From Amoebidium appalachense (Eukaryota; Protista; Ichthyosporea), in NCBI GenBank assembly GCA_963693365.1, contig CAVNZM010000008.1, forward strand, positions 496,001 to 560,000: a stretch of DNA of 64,000 bases, in the 5' to 3' direction. Position numbers and translations under genes: made by a program. The notes under the pieces were generated by a model. The model was not told the DNA's origin. It did no database searches and saw only the letters and a program-made list of their open reading frames with translations. This document shows, piece by piece, positions 1 through 44,068 of the stretch (its first letter is position 1; each line of letters starts with the position of its first letter).

Positions 1-395
1 GGCCTGTGCTCACTTGCTTGTTTGCAGTGTTATAAATTGTATTCCGTAACTTCAAGGATCTTATGGTGCAGAGGATGGCATTCTGAGCAGAGGGGCATGA
101 TAGAGATCTTCATCAACATGGGGGCATATTAAAGGTTGATATTTCATGGGGCAACATCACGAGGTATTCTTTCAAGGGAACTTGGCGGATTTTGTCCTTA
201 AACGGGGGGGGGGGGGGGGAGAGGGGGGGGGGGGGGGGGGGAGGGGGGACAAAGAGTTATCATCCCGGGGGAGGATGGGGGTGGAATAGATATATCTCGC
301 GAAGGAGTTTAGCACAGGAATTGTGTGACTGAAAGACAGAGAAGATCTATAAACTTACAGGAAGGACAGGTTAAGGAGCAAGGGTTCAATATAGA

Positions 396-562
396 CTATG
401 TACCCCGTCAGACTAGCAAAATTTAGCCGCCACCAGCTTATATTGCAATGATATATGACGTCACACCGATTTACTACCATCAGAGTCACATAACATCGGT
501 CAAAGTCACATAACATCTTAGCCGGCGGCGACTAAATTTTGCTAGTCTGACGGGGTACATAG
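396..562. mobile_element. MITE-like foldback element (~167 bp) in an FMO intron
   Basis: Perfect 31-bp inverted repeat ctatgtaccccgtcagactagcaaaatttag (396-426) / 532-562, extending imperfectly inward. Internal direct repeat agtcacataacatc x2. Confidence 0.7.
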
Positions 563-636
563 CCTGTTTTGAACCCTTTCACCTAAAGGTATTAATGCAC
601 TGCAAGCATAGACGAGGATGCTATTTATAGCCCTAC

Positions 637-2608
637 CGTTGATGGTGGGGTGGGCCCGGAACATTCCATGGCGGGGGCTGATGCCTAATTTGGAGGTGTC
701 CCCCCAGTGCAGGCGGAGCGTAGACTGGGCCAGAAACTGCCGCACAAAAAGGGGCAGAAGGCTCATGAGCCGGCAATTTCCTGTGGGTGTGGTGGCCTTA
801 TTAGCAGTTGCTTTATTTGGCTATTTGCTAATGACCGGGGGAGAAGGAGGAAGGGGGGAGGGGGGGGGGGGTAGGGGGATGGGTGTTATTTGCTTGCATG
901 CAAAGAGGGTGTGTGTGTGTGTGTGTGTGTGTGCGTGTGTTTGTTTGTGTGTGTGTGTGTGCGCGCGCGAGCGCGTGCGGGTGTCCCCACCTCTTCCCTG
1001 CCTTCATCATTATTGTCAATAGTATTATCATCCGATTATCATCATCATTATTGTCAATAGTATTATCATCATTATCATCATCATTATTGTCAATAGTATT
1101 ATCATCATTATCATCATCATTATTTGTCAATAGTATTATCATCATTATCATCATCATTATTGTCAATAGTATTATCATCATTATCATCATCATTATTATG
1201 GCGTCTGTGTGTGTATGTACTAAAGCCCAGCACCGTGTGCAGGCTGGGAGGGAAGGAGGCACCTGTTAGAGGGGCATGGTGACTGCACGTGGATATGCCT
1301 GTGTGTGCCTGCATGCGCTGTGCGGCACAAACGGGCCGGGGGAGCAAGTAAGGGAGAGTGCATACATGAGAGGGTGGGGGGAAATACCGAAATGATCGAG
1401 GGGCACACCACCAAGCACCCAGCGGGGGGATATCCAGGCTCCACTGCGCGTGCTGAGATATATCTGCAGGGATATGTGTGAGATATAATGTGCGTCCTGA
1501 GATGAACCTGGATGGGCACATATGAGATATACTGAGCGTGCTGAAATATACCTGCCTGACATATGGTATATATTGCCGGTGCTGAGATATATCTGTGTAT
1601 GTACACATGAGATATACTGAGCGAGCTGAAATATACCTGCCTGACATATGGTATATATTGCCGGTGCTGAGATATATCTGTGTATGTACATATGAGATAT
1701 ACTAAGCGTGCTGAAATATACCTGCCTGACATATGGTATATATTGCCGGTGCTGAGATATATCTGTGTATGTACACATGAGATATACTGAGCGAGCTGAA
1801 ATATACCTGCCTGACATATGGTATATATTGCCGGTGCTGAGATATATCTGTGTATGTACATATGAGATATACTAAGCGTGCTGAAATATACCTGCCTGAC
1901 ATATGGTATATATTGCCGGTGCTGAGATATATCTGTGTATGTACATATGAGATATACCGTGCAGGTTGAAATATACCTGCATGACATATGGTATATATTG
2001 CCGGTGTTGAGATATACCTGCCAGGATACAACTGAAACTTCAAAGTTGAGCTTGTCGATCCTGAGATACATGGATTTCTGTGGAAAGTGTTGCTAATTCA
2101 GGTGGTATGTACGGTATGTAGCGCCACATACCTGCGGAAATATACATAAAGGCTACCTAGGTGGGTGTTTATATGTGCCATATACCGTTGAGCTAGATGT
2201 GAGATATATGGGGAGTGCTGAGATATACCTGCCGGGCAATGCGGCTGAGCTCCACAGCTATGTCCACACCTGAGGGGAGAGGGGGATGAGCACGAAGCCC
2301 CCCAAGGGAGAGGGGGGTTATACAAGTACAACTACACACTGTGAAAAACGGTGCAGGGCATATGTACATGCAAACATGGAAGCATGAAACGTCAGTCACA
2401 AAAGTATGCAACACGAACAAGACGAAGAAGGGGAGGGAGGAAGGGTGCGGGGGGGGAGGAGGGGAGGGGGGATGACAATGGTGGCAGAAGACTACTGGCA
2501 GGCACCAAAGTAGAGCGGCAGGTATGTGTCGGCACTAAAACCAACGGGCAGAGCTGTAAAAGACTGGCAGGTAGAGTGCAGGGGAGGGGGAGAGGGGAAG
2601 GGGGGTAG

Positions 2609-2639
<31 letters not shown>

Positions 2640-2801
2640 AGAAGATGGAGGGGGGGGGGGGGGGAGAGGGAGGAGGGAAGGAAGGGGAAGGGGAGGGGGG
2701 GGGTTGGGGGGGGGCGAAAACACCAAGGCACAATATCAGGGTGGTTGCATGCAACCTAACCCCATGGGGTAACAGGTCACACTGCAGCCACACTAATCCC
2801 G

Positions 2802-2836
<35 letters not shown>

Positions 2837-4992
2837 ACCCCCGCCCCCCACCCCTTAACCCCTTCTTCCTAGCAGAGTCCTCTCCACCTCCCTCCCACCT
2901 CCCCATAGAATCATTTTATTTTTGCCGCCCACACCAAATCTGTTCCACAGCCACACGCCGTAACAAATAGACTTGATTGAGGAGACAGGGGAATTAAGAA
3001 ATCAAAACGACGGAGGCACTCACCGCTATTACCAATGCCCACCACCAGCACCTTCTTGTCCTCATATCCCATTGGCTCCTATTAATAGAATAAGGTCAAT
3101 AGGTGGCATCACAAGAGGTACACAGGGACATACAATCGAAACACGTGTTAGCACACACACTACACCCGCACATGTGCACGGCCACACGGGCACACACATA
3201 CACAGAAAGATACACACACATGGGCCTACTTCTACCGGTGCACACACATACACAAACACAGGCACGCAAGATACATGGAAGTGGGACCACGTGCGCACAC
3301 TTCGACTCTTTACATATCCCAGCCACCTGCAGCCTTCGCTCAAACCAACCACAACAAAAAAAAACTACAACCACAGCATTAGTCATCGATCTCCCCCCCC
3401 CCCCCCCCCCCCCCCACCCCCACCCCTCCCCTCCTTTCCCCCACCTCCCGGGGCTGTCTTTCCGCTCCTTCCTCCCCCTCCCCCCTCCCCTCCCTCCACA
3501 GGGCCCACCCTCTTTCCCCCCTTTTCCTGCATCTCTCCGTTTTCCCCTTCCACCATACCCTCCCTCTTCTTCTCTCCATCCCCCTCCCCCTCCCCCAACC
3601 CACCCGCCCTCCACTTTTCCTCTCCCCCCCCCCCCCCCCCCCCCCAACACACACACACACACACACCTTGTAGCTGTGACTGTGGGTGATTGGTCCCTGG
3701 AAGGCCTCCTGACCAGTGAAGGTGGGGATGGATGGTCGATAGTGGTGCCCTGAGGCCACAACCACGTGCTCAAACACCTGCACGTGTTTGTGTGTGTGTG
3801 GGGGGGGGGGGGGAGGGGGGGGGGGGCTGAGTGTGTGTGGTTGTGATGTCTGTGTTTGTTGGGAGGGAGGAGGCGTGGGAAGGAGAGGGGGGTAGGGAGG
3901 GAGGGGCTTGGGGGGAATGAGTGCATGTGTGTGTGCACGGCTGGATGTGTGGGTGTGAGCATGTTATATGTAAAGTCTCTCTCTGTGTGTCTTTTTAAGC
4001 TCTTCTTGTTATTCTTACTATTCCTCTCTCTCCGTTTTTTTACTCTTCTCTCCTTTCTTTCTTTCTTTCCCTATTTTTTCCCCCTGCTCCTTTTTTTCAA
4101 GGGTTGGAGGGTGTGGGGGTTGCGTGTTTTTACCCCTGGGGGGAGGGGGAGGGGGAGAGGGGGGGGGGGGGGGGGGGGGCAATCACTGACCTCTGTGTGT
4201 TCCTCCTCCTTTCCATCCTTGGATTGCACATACGCAACCTCCCACTGCAAAAAAATGGCGTCAGCACGGACTATAATGATTCAAAGGAGAATCACAAAGA
4301 CAGAAACGAGGTGGAGGATGTGTGTGTGTATAGTCAAAAAAGGGATAAAGGGAGGAATCACAAAACACGAAGAAGGTGAGGGAATATGAGGGCTGCAAAG
4401 CGATAGTAAGAAGTGTGCCATTAAGACAGAAAAGAGGTAAAGGAAGTGTGTGGGGTATACAGGGATATAGAGAGAATCGATTAGACAGAAAGGAGGGGAA
4501 CGGAGGTTTGAAGTTTAAAGGGATACCAGAGAGGAATTGCAAACACAGAATAGAGGCGAGGGGAAGGTGTGAGGTATAAAAGGAGCATAGGTAGAGAAAA
4601 AAGGTGAGCAGACAAAATAGCGGGCACAGAACAGGAGCTAAAAGAGGAAGGAAGAGGGGAGGGGAGGGCTATCCGTGCGCGTGGGTTGTGTTGATTTACG
4701 TGCATAGGGGTCTGGGTCCCAAAACACACATGTAACTCATATTAATATAAGAAGAGCCGGCTATTTGTGCTTCCTGAAGAGCAGAATGGCCAATTTGAAA
4801 ACAAAAAAAGGGTTTCGATTTGCGGCATGCCCGCACACACATGCATAAGCAAGCAAGTGTGAACACACACAGGCACACATCAGCACGCACACCCGCCCAC
4901 ACACCCACATAGAGGGAAAGAGAGAAAGACCCAAATCCGTACACAGCGAAAAAGAGAGCGAGAAAAGAGAGGGGGATGAGGGGGGGGAGGCG

Positions 4993-5025
<33 letters not shown>

Positions 5026-6197
5026 GGAGGGCGAGAAAGAAAGAGGAGGAGAAAGAGAAATGCGATACACACACACACACACCTTTGTATCGCGGTCCTC
5101 CGGGCTGCACGGTTTGATGGTGCATACACGAGTGTTGAAGTGGATGTGAGGTAGCAGCCCAAAGTGGTCGACATAGCTGCGGAAATACCTGCAGAGAAGG
5201 GGGGAGGGGGGGGGGGGGGGGGGGTTGAGGGGGGAGGGTGAGGGGGGGAGTGTTATATCAGGATAAATTTTGAAAATTGTGATAGTTATCAGGGTCTGTA
5301 AGCTCATCTATGCCCCCCCCCCCCCCCCCCCTGCCCCTCCCTCTCCTTTCCCCCCCTCCCCCCTCCACCTCCCCCCTCCCCCCTTCCTTCCATAACTGTC
5401 TGCTTCCCGGGGCCACCAACCTCTTCTACCCTCCCATCCCCTCCTGTCCCCTCCTCCTCTACATACACAAAGCATATACCAAGGCATTCCAGCCAAGTGC
5501 TTTTCGACTGTGGCAGGAAGAGACGGCGAAGGAAAGGTAGGTGTGTGGGTTGGGGTGGGGTGGGGTGGGGTGGGGGGGGAGGGGGGGGGGGAGATGGGGG
5601 GGGGGGGGGGGGGGAGGGGGGGGGGGGGGGGGGGCACGTTGGAGAAGGGAAGGGTGTGATAGAGAAAGAAAAAAAAGTGTGCTTAGACAATCTGTGAGTG
5701 CCGTGTGTGTGTGTGGCGGACCTTCTGTTTGCGCACAGCTGCTCATCTCTTGCTTTGCTCCTACAGCGCGAGGGTCTGCAAGCCCCAATGCTGGCACGTG
5801 TAACTAGCAAACTGGCAATATGGATGGTTTCCATTGTCGTAATGATGGAGAGGGTTGGTGGTGGTAGTGTGTTGGCATTGTGGGGAATAGGGGAAGCAAG
5901 GGAAGACCCACTCCATGATCATTGTGTTGTGCATGAAGGTCGGGTAGTGGCTGGGGATGGGAAAGTCACTGTAGTTCTGTGCCCCACCACCTGTCAGCAC
6001 ACTGCACACTGTTGGGTAGAGTTCACTCCCTATAAAGACGTTGGAAGACAAGACAACAACCCAGCGTGGTAGAAAAGCGGGCACTAGGTGTAGGTGGTGG
6101 AACGAGGGCTTGAGTTTAGAAAATCGATGACTCACCAAAGAACCCTAAAGAAAGGCGGCCAGAGGGGGACGGAGGGAACCAGGGAGCAGGGGAACGG

Positions 6198-6235
<38 letters not shown>

Positions 6236-6847
6236 ATGCATACCATCATTTCTTTGCTTGTGTTGATGACTGTGCTGCGGTAGATGCTGGAATGCTGCGT
6301 CAGAGGGAGCACGTCAGACATGGCCCCTAAGACCTCTGCATCCCAGCTACAGCTGGCACGCTACTGCACAGCAAACGAGAGGTTGCCTTTGTCATTGAAG
6401 AGAAGCATTCCTCAACGTACCACGGGTACTGCAGCTAGTTCCATTACTCTATCACTGTTGACCCCTACTTAACCACCTACGTTCTTGACCACTCGCTCCT
6501 TTCCCCCACCATTTACCACACACGCACGCACGCACCCACGCGCAAGGGGACACAAGCACAGTAAACACACTATCAAGCGCCGGCACACACATGCACGAGC
6601 GCATCAACACAAACACGCAGATGCACACGCACATACGCAGGATTCTTCCCACAAGGACACAAGCACAAACAACCCACCCACACACGCAAGCACGCACCGC
6701 CTCCTTGGGGCTGTAGCGCCACAGACCGCCTATGTCGCTGTCTGCCTCGAAGCAGACCGGCACCAAGCCAGCAACCAGACATTCTTTGATGGCCGCCAGC
6801 CCGCTGGCCCCTGCCCCAACTATCAGCACGCGTTTGGCCTCCGCCAT
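637..6847 (-). CDS. FMO: Flavin-containing monooxygenase (class B FMO), 10 exons seen, 3' end probably beyond window start
   Basis: Phase-consistent GT-AG exons: 6698-6847, 6244-6294, 5912-5976, 5083-5188, 4191-4244, 3667-3777, 3024-3078, 2229-2269, 1388-1463, 637-780. Protein has FAD motif [29 protein letters not shown], the FMO signature [16 protein letters not shown] motif [17 protein letters not shown] and HPTING. Confidence 0.95.
1005..1198. repeat. (ATC/ATT)n-based ~36-bp minisatellite
   Basis: Repeated attgtcaatagtattatcatcattatcatcatcatt units in an FMO intron. Confidence 0.9.
1521..2022. repeat. 85-bp minisatellite (~6 copies) in FMO intron 1464-2228
   Basis: Unit starts recur at 1524, 1609, 1694, 1779, 1864 and 1949. 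Units contain copies of the exon-junction sequence. Confidence 0.95.
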
Positions 6848-8500
6848 GCTCGCTTTGTTGTGTTCTCTTTGTGTGAGGATGTAAGGGGTGGCTGGGTGCA
6901 GGGTTGGGAGAGTGTACTCCCTTACAAAACTGGGCTGTCAGAGAGGACCTGTGGGCCCAGTGGTGGCAAAAGTCACTGGAGAAGAAAAAGCCTGAGGTGA
7001 TGACATCACCCGCCAGTCGTGATTCTCTTAGCGCATTGTGATTGGCTGAGCCGTGAGCCATTTGTGCAGCCAAGCTCGCTGATTTGTTCGGAACGCACCA
7101 TTGTGGATCCTCCAAGACCTTGTTGAAAAGTCTTCCCTGTGTGCTCAACTCGCCGAGACAGCCTCCGAAGATACCCCACCCCTTTCACAAGCATCAATCG
7201 TGATCACTGAAAAGAGAACTCACAATCGGCAGGTAAAAAGCAACGTGTCCACGTGCACCTTTTCTCACGTATATAACCCACCCACACTCAGCAGCCAACA
7301 AGTAACGTGAAAACCATCTTCGTTGGCTCATAGCTATAGGTAGTTTCTTATTTGTTTCCGGAGGACTTCTGCAGGCCCTCGAAGGAACTACCGTCTACCA
7401 CACACGTACAGCACGACAGTACACTGGTTGTGCTATCGATATGCTCAGCTAAGCTAAAGCATCCTTCACTCTCTCTATAGGTAGGAATTATGGTGATAAA
7501 ACATATGATAAACACCCCCTGGCTCGCACAGTCACACTCAAAATGTGCCAACACATGTGTTGTACAGCTACAAGCGACGTGTTATCTTGGAAAGCAGAAA
7601 GCGAGAAAGCGAGCCCTGCCCAGGTGACGTAACAGCCTCAGGCTGCAGCTGATTGGTTCAACAGGAAAAAATTACTAAATTAGGTGGGGCAAGCGCGCAT
7701 GAGCACACAGGTTGCGAATCGATTGTGAAGTTATGAAGCGTGTTATAGGATGAACATGTAAAAACACAGTGTTAAACAATTTGCGGTCTACAGCACATAA
7801 ACAGCGGGAAAAGAAGTTCACACGACCCCACAGAGGTGGCACAGACCCACGGTACCGTGTGGCGTGTAAGAGGCGTGTGCGTCAGTGCGCCTAGTCTAGT
7901 CACTCTGAGTGCTGTCTCCCTGCGGCCTATCTTGTATGTTACCGCATGCGACAGTCACTAGACAAAGTTTAATCGCGCGTAATCGGATCTGGATTAACGA
8001 GCGGCTATTGGTTCACAATAACGTAAAACCCAACTCACTAGTAAAACTAAGACATGATCTGTCTACCGAAAATTTTTAATTTCATGTGATTTAAAGTTTT
8101 CTTTAAAATATTTGAGCGTTCTTATTGGTCATTACATATTAAACGATTCGATTGGTCATTACAGCCATAACGACCCCGCCGGAGACGTCCCGCTGCGTCG
8201 TAGGCCGCCCCGGCCACTTACGGTGTGCCAGCGGGTACAAAGCCTTGGAGACTACAGAGCACCCGACAATTTTATTGAATGAAACAACCAATCAACTAGG
8301 GGTAGACAGGGCTTCATATTTCTCATGTGAACACTGCGTCTGTTCGGGGATAAACAAACATCCTCCCTTCTATGAAAGAACATCAAACTTTACGCCTGGA
8401 GCTACATAACTCAAACTGCAAACAAATTTACTGATATTTCGACACCTGAGACGCTTCTGATATTAATCGTAAATTTCCGAAACTTTCAAGCCTCCTATTT
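6848..8500. promoter_or_regulatory. Putative bidirectional promoter region between FMO and the AlkB-SRA gene
   Basis: Genes diverge from this interval. It lacks homopolymer tracts and has several CCAAT/ATTGG boxes (~7040, 7651, 8007, 8123, 8150, 8289). Confidence 0.45.
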
Positions 8501-8787
8501 TAGTCACATCGGGGCGTTGGAATTTCAAAGGAGGATGTCATGCGAACCCTGTGTGTGAGTTGCACCGTGGCCTATTGCGACACTACAAGAAAGGGCACTC
8601 AGAAAAAAGTGTTCAAAACTGTTTCTCAGTTGCAGCTGCACTACCTGTGTACGCCTGCTTATGCAGGTTGGCGGGGACGAAAATGGGTAGAAAATGCCCA
8701 GGAAATGGCACACCGCAGCGCAAATACGTTGTCGTCCTACGTGGTAACCCACACGTCAACGCCAACCTGACATCTATGATGAAAGAA

Positions 8788-39480
<30,693 letters not shown>

Positions 39481-39925
39481 GTATGTTCTTTAATTGGGTA
39501 CCATAGAATTTTTTTTGTGTGTGTGATCGTTTATACGGATAGATCGGCGTAGATCCGTGTACACGATTGGCCACATTGGCCCGTAGATCTGACGATTCGA
39601 TATAGAGTTTATGATGTTATTGAGAGTGTACTAACACTGCTGTTAGGAGGATATCCCTGCATGTACATACTTGCTTGCTTTTGACATAGCAATATACGTC
39701 ATTGCTTTTTTTGTTCTCTTTTTCTATCCTGCTGTGTACTGGTTAGAGTCTAAATGATTTACCAGATGTGTGCACCTTCCTTATTTGGTTGTGTCGGGAG
39801 GGTGCGCGTGTCATTTGTTTGTTGTGGCTGACCGTACAGACTACCAGTGCCGTGTTGTTGGTTTGCATATCTTGGCCGGTTAGGTATCTGCCTCGCGATT
39901 CTGGTTTTTTGATAGGGGTGAAGAT

Positions 39926-39956
<31 letters not shown>

Positions 39957-40413
39957 AAGAAAAAAAGGCCCAACGATTGCCTTTCTTCTTTTTTCTGGTT
40001 TTGGTTTGTTTTGTTTGTTTTTATGTTCAACTTTTTTTTTTTTTTTTCTTTTGGGGGGGGGGGGGGGGGGGGGGGGGGGCAACGGGTGGTTGGGGGGGGG
40101 GGGGGGGGGATGGGGAAAAGAAAAGAAAAAAGGGAAGGGGGGAAAAAGAAATAATACAGGAAAGACTTTCTAGAGATTGCCTTTTTTTTCTCCGTCTGAA
40201 AGAATTCTCAGGGGAGATATACTAGGTAGCAATATGCGTTTATTGTAGCTGTGTGTTTCGAGAGCATGTACACGTAGATGTGTTTGTATATGCCTCGGTA
40301 GATAAATGTTTGATACAAATAAATGTGCATGTGGTTTGAAATTTTAAAAAGGTTGTTTTCTCAGTTTTGAGCATACAGAGAGATATGGGTTGGCTCCCAG
40401 AAATCGTGTCATA

Positions 40414-40560
40414 GGGGGGTCACCCGCAAGTTGCATATCGTTGCATCACGATGAGAGTTGCATATATTTGAATATATTTGCATATATTTGCATATATTTG
40501 CATCATTTTGCATATATTTGAATATATTTGCATATATTTACCACTGGCGGGTGACCCCTC
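40414..40560. mobile_element. 147-bp MITE with 14-bp TIR and apparent 3-bp TSD (ATA)
   Basis: GGGGGGTCACCCGC ... GCGGGTGACCCCTC (1 mismatch), flanked by ata on both sides. Interior is a 10-bp gcatatattt repeat. Confidence 0.6.
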
Positions 40561-40725
40561 ATAGTGTAAGAGATCATGAGACATTGAGTTTGCCCAGCGG
40601 GTAAATATCAATGTCTCCCAAAATACATGGCATGTGTGACACGTGCAAAAAACTCCGGTTGCGATGTGTTCCTCGTTATGTATTTCACACCACCTCTATG
40701 GTTACATGTACACAACAACAAACGA

Positions 40726-40777
<52 letters not shown>

Positions 40778-41864
40778 GTGTGCGTGTGTGTGTGTGTGCG
40801 TGTGTGTGCGTGTGCGCGTGTGCGTGTGTGTGTGTGTGTGTGCGCGCGCGCGCGCGTGTGTGTGGTATTCACGTGAATAATAAATAAGGTGAGAGAATCT
40901 AGGTGTGTGTGAGAAGGGGGGGGGGTTGAGGTGGGGTGCATTCAATAAAAGAAAACCATTGAAATGGTTGCCACCACCGGCCTTCACCCACTCTTCAGCC
41001 ACCATAATATTTTATAATCCTGTACTGGCTTTCATGCAAAGTCTTCCTCAGGGGGTTAACCACACACATCCCCCCTGCAGGCCATGGTATTGGCACGGCA
41101 ACAATATGCACCACAACACTTGTGCAGCACACACCTTGAAAGCGAGCACATTGCACGTTAACGTTGCTTATTGTTACTAAGATGATAAAACTGGAGTTGA
41201 TTGCTATGTGTGTGAGGGGTTTGCACCTCGCACTGGTGCAGGGCCAAAAGCTCCCAAACTGTCTCCCGAAAAAGCGCTTCGATAATAATAATTCGGAAAT
41301 TCCGAACCTTTTTGGACGGTTTCCTTAAGACTATCAGGGGAATCCGGGCCCTGGGGAAGAGGGGGAGGGGGGGGGGGGAGGGGGGGAGGGGGGTCATGCA
41401 TGCCTGCTTTGTGCATTGGCCCACGAGTCTCGGCTCCAACAAGAAACCCCCCCACCCTCCCCCTCCCCCTCCCCCCCTCCCCCCGGGGCTCTTCCGAAAG
41501 GTTTTTTGGCGATACCGAAAGGGCGGGCTAGCCACCGAAAAAACTCAAAAACAAAAATCCAGGGCACCAATCAGAGAAAACCACTCTATTTCACCTGCCA
41601 TATGTCAATCTTATGGATCACAGATCATTGACTCGATGCTGTCGAGTGGTCATGACTACTAACTGGTTTTTTATCACAAGAACAATTGTGGTTGATAAAT
41701 AACGTATAAATAATCCTTAATGAATTTGTTAACCTGGCATGCCAACCAATCATACATATAGTAAATTCAAATTGGCCTTTACGAAAACTAAGAACTGTGA
41801 GAGATCATGATGCACTGTGCAGAACACTACTGTGGGCACCCGGCAACTGAAGCCACCGAGCTTC

Positions 41865-41909
<45 letters not shown>

Positions 41910-42397
41910 CGGCCTCCCCCTCCGCCCCTGCCCCCGCCCCCCGGCCCCCTGGATAGCAATTAAAATCGACGTGCAACCCAAAAGTAAACAAAACCGTACA
42001 GTGCTACTGATTTAAAGTGCTAGGTGGTTGTTATACATGCACGACCCCCCCCCCCCCCCCCCCCCATTTCAATATGAAAAACACGTTTCTAATAGATGGG
42101 GGGGGGGGGGGGGGGGGGAGGGGGAGGGGAGGGGAAGCTGCAAATAATGTAAAGTGCTAGCTGGAGCCGATTTAATTAAAGATATTCAGCACAGAGCTGA
42201 AATCATACAGAGAAACACGTAATCACCTCATATTAGACAGGGCAAAAGGTATTCAGGAAGAAAAAAAAAAAGGGACACAATTCCATTTCGAACAAGGTTA
42301 GGCGGCCTTTTTCAATGCAGTCTATCATAGGGAGACGGTTTAGTGCAGAAATCTCCCGGTTCAAAAAATTCCTGTGACCCCCCCCCCTCCGAACCTC

Positions 42398-42433
<36 letters not shown>

Positions 42434-42542
42434 TCCCGTCCACCCACCCACCAAAGACAGTTTTATTTTTTTCCCGTGATACTGGTCAAGGCAAAAGAAC
42501 TTGCAATCTATCTTTTTCAACACACCCCTACTAGAGATTCTT

Positions 42543-43058
42543 TTAGAGATAGTTGAAAAGTTGGGTGGCAGCTAACTCTTCATCCGTTGGCATGGGAAAG
42601 TCGCTGGGGGGAATACACCCTAGATCGTCTAGATAGATAAAGGGCCGGTATGGGAAATTTTCCATCTCCTCTTTTGTGGTGACCCCACTGAGCACCAGCA
42701 CGGGGTCCAACAGACTCTCTATGCCCCCGATGATGTCTGTGTCCATGCGGTCTCCTACCATGGACACCCCTGCATGTGAAATTTCGTTAGCGATGGGAGA
42801 GATATATCTACCCTGCACCTTGCATAAGCCGTCCTCCATTCCAGTGCCTATACACGCCGCATCTATGGTAATATGTTCGCCTTCACAATAACTATGGGGT
42901 GTTCAGAGACGTATGTCCATGATGCGACATTAGGAAGGACCATGAGCCACTTTTACCTGATTGGTTGGAATCATCAGTAGCAGCCGTGAGTCGTGCAGTA
43001 GGAAAAACATTCAATATTGGATTTTTTTTCTTTTTTTTTTTTTTTCTTTCTTTTTTTT

Positions 43059-43100
<42 letters not shown>

Positions 43101-43622
43101 ACATGTGGTGGTGTTGGTAATGGTGGATTGGGTTGGTTTGGGGTGTTTTTTTTTTTTTTTTTTTTTTTTTTGGGGGGGGGGGGGGTAGGTTAGAAGGAAT
43201 GGGGGAGCCGCAGCGGGTGGGCAGGCCAAGGGAGGTGGAGAAAGGGAGAAAGGGTGTGTGTGTGGGTGGGGTTTTTGGGTGGGGGGGAGGGAGGGAGTGT
43301 GTTCTCGTAGAAAAGCTTTGGATGGGAAGGGAACGAAATGTAGGGAGGGTAGGAGGGGGTCTAGGGTTGGGGGACAGAAAGCCGGAGGGGCCCGGGAGAA
43401 GGGGGTCACGGGAGGGAGGCATCTACAAGGACGTACATCTGTGAACAGGTGCTTGTGTGCAAGTTCAAGCGCGTACATATGTGCTCATGAATGTTTTTGC
43501 CCCGGAATGAATGTGTGCATGTTTAGGCAGGCGCATTTGTCCATAAACGCGTGCGTGCGTGCGTGTGTGTGTGTGTGTGTGTGTCTGTGTGTGTGTGTGG
43601 GGGGTGAGTGCCGGTGTGTGCC

Positions 43623-43687
<65 letters not shown>

Positions 43688-43941
43688 TGTGTGTGCATGT
43701 GTGTGTCTGTGTGTGTGAGTGTGTGTGTGTGTGTGCACGTGCAGGCACCCACGTGCATGGTCGCAGCCCAGCCTCTCCACGGCTATGCGCATCATCAGGG
43801 GGTTGGGCTTGCCCAGGAAGTAGGCCTGCCGCCCAGTGGCCTTTTCAATCACCGCCACCCACGCTGTGATTGGCCGCTATATTTAGCATGGTGTCCCATT
43901 GGCAGATGATCCTTCTCCATCGCAGCCCCCCCCCCCCCCCC

Positions 43942-43976
<35 letters not shown>

Positions 43977-44029
43977 ATGCAGTTCCCACCGCCTTCTTCC
44001 CCCCGCTACCAAAATCTCACATAACCGTT

Positions 44030-44068
<39 letters not shown>

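Noticed and set aside
1263-1316. Extra FMO exon candidate ending CTAACAG|gt
   Set aside because: Exon 1388-1463 joins 637-780 in frame (LDHFGNCRLM) without it, and the candidate adds no FMO-like residues.
1220-2071. 283-aa minus-strand ORF with repeated peptides
   Set aside because: It is read-through of the 85-bp intronic minisatellite. Only 1388-1463 is a real exon, in another frame.
41240-41560. Cluster of ccgaa/ttcgg motifs like transposon subterminal repeats
   Set aside because: No TIRs or TSD could be located.
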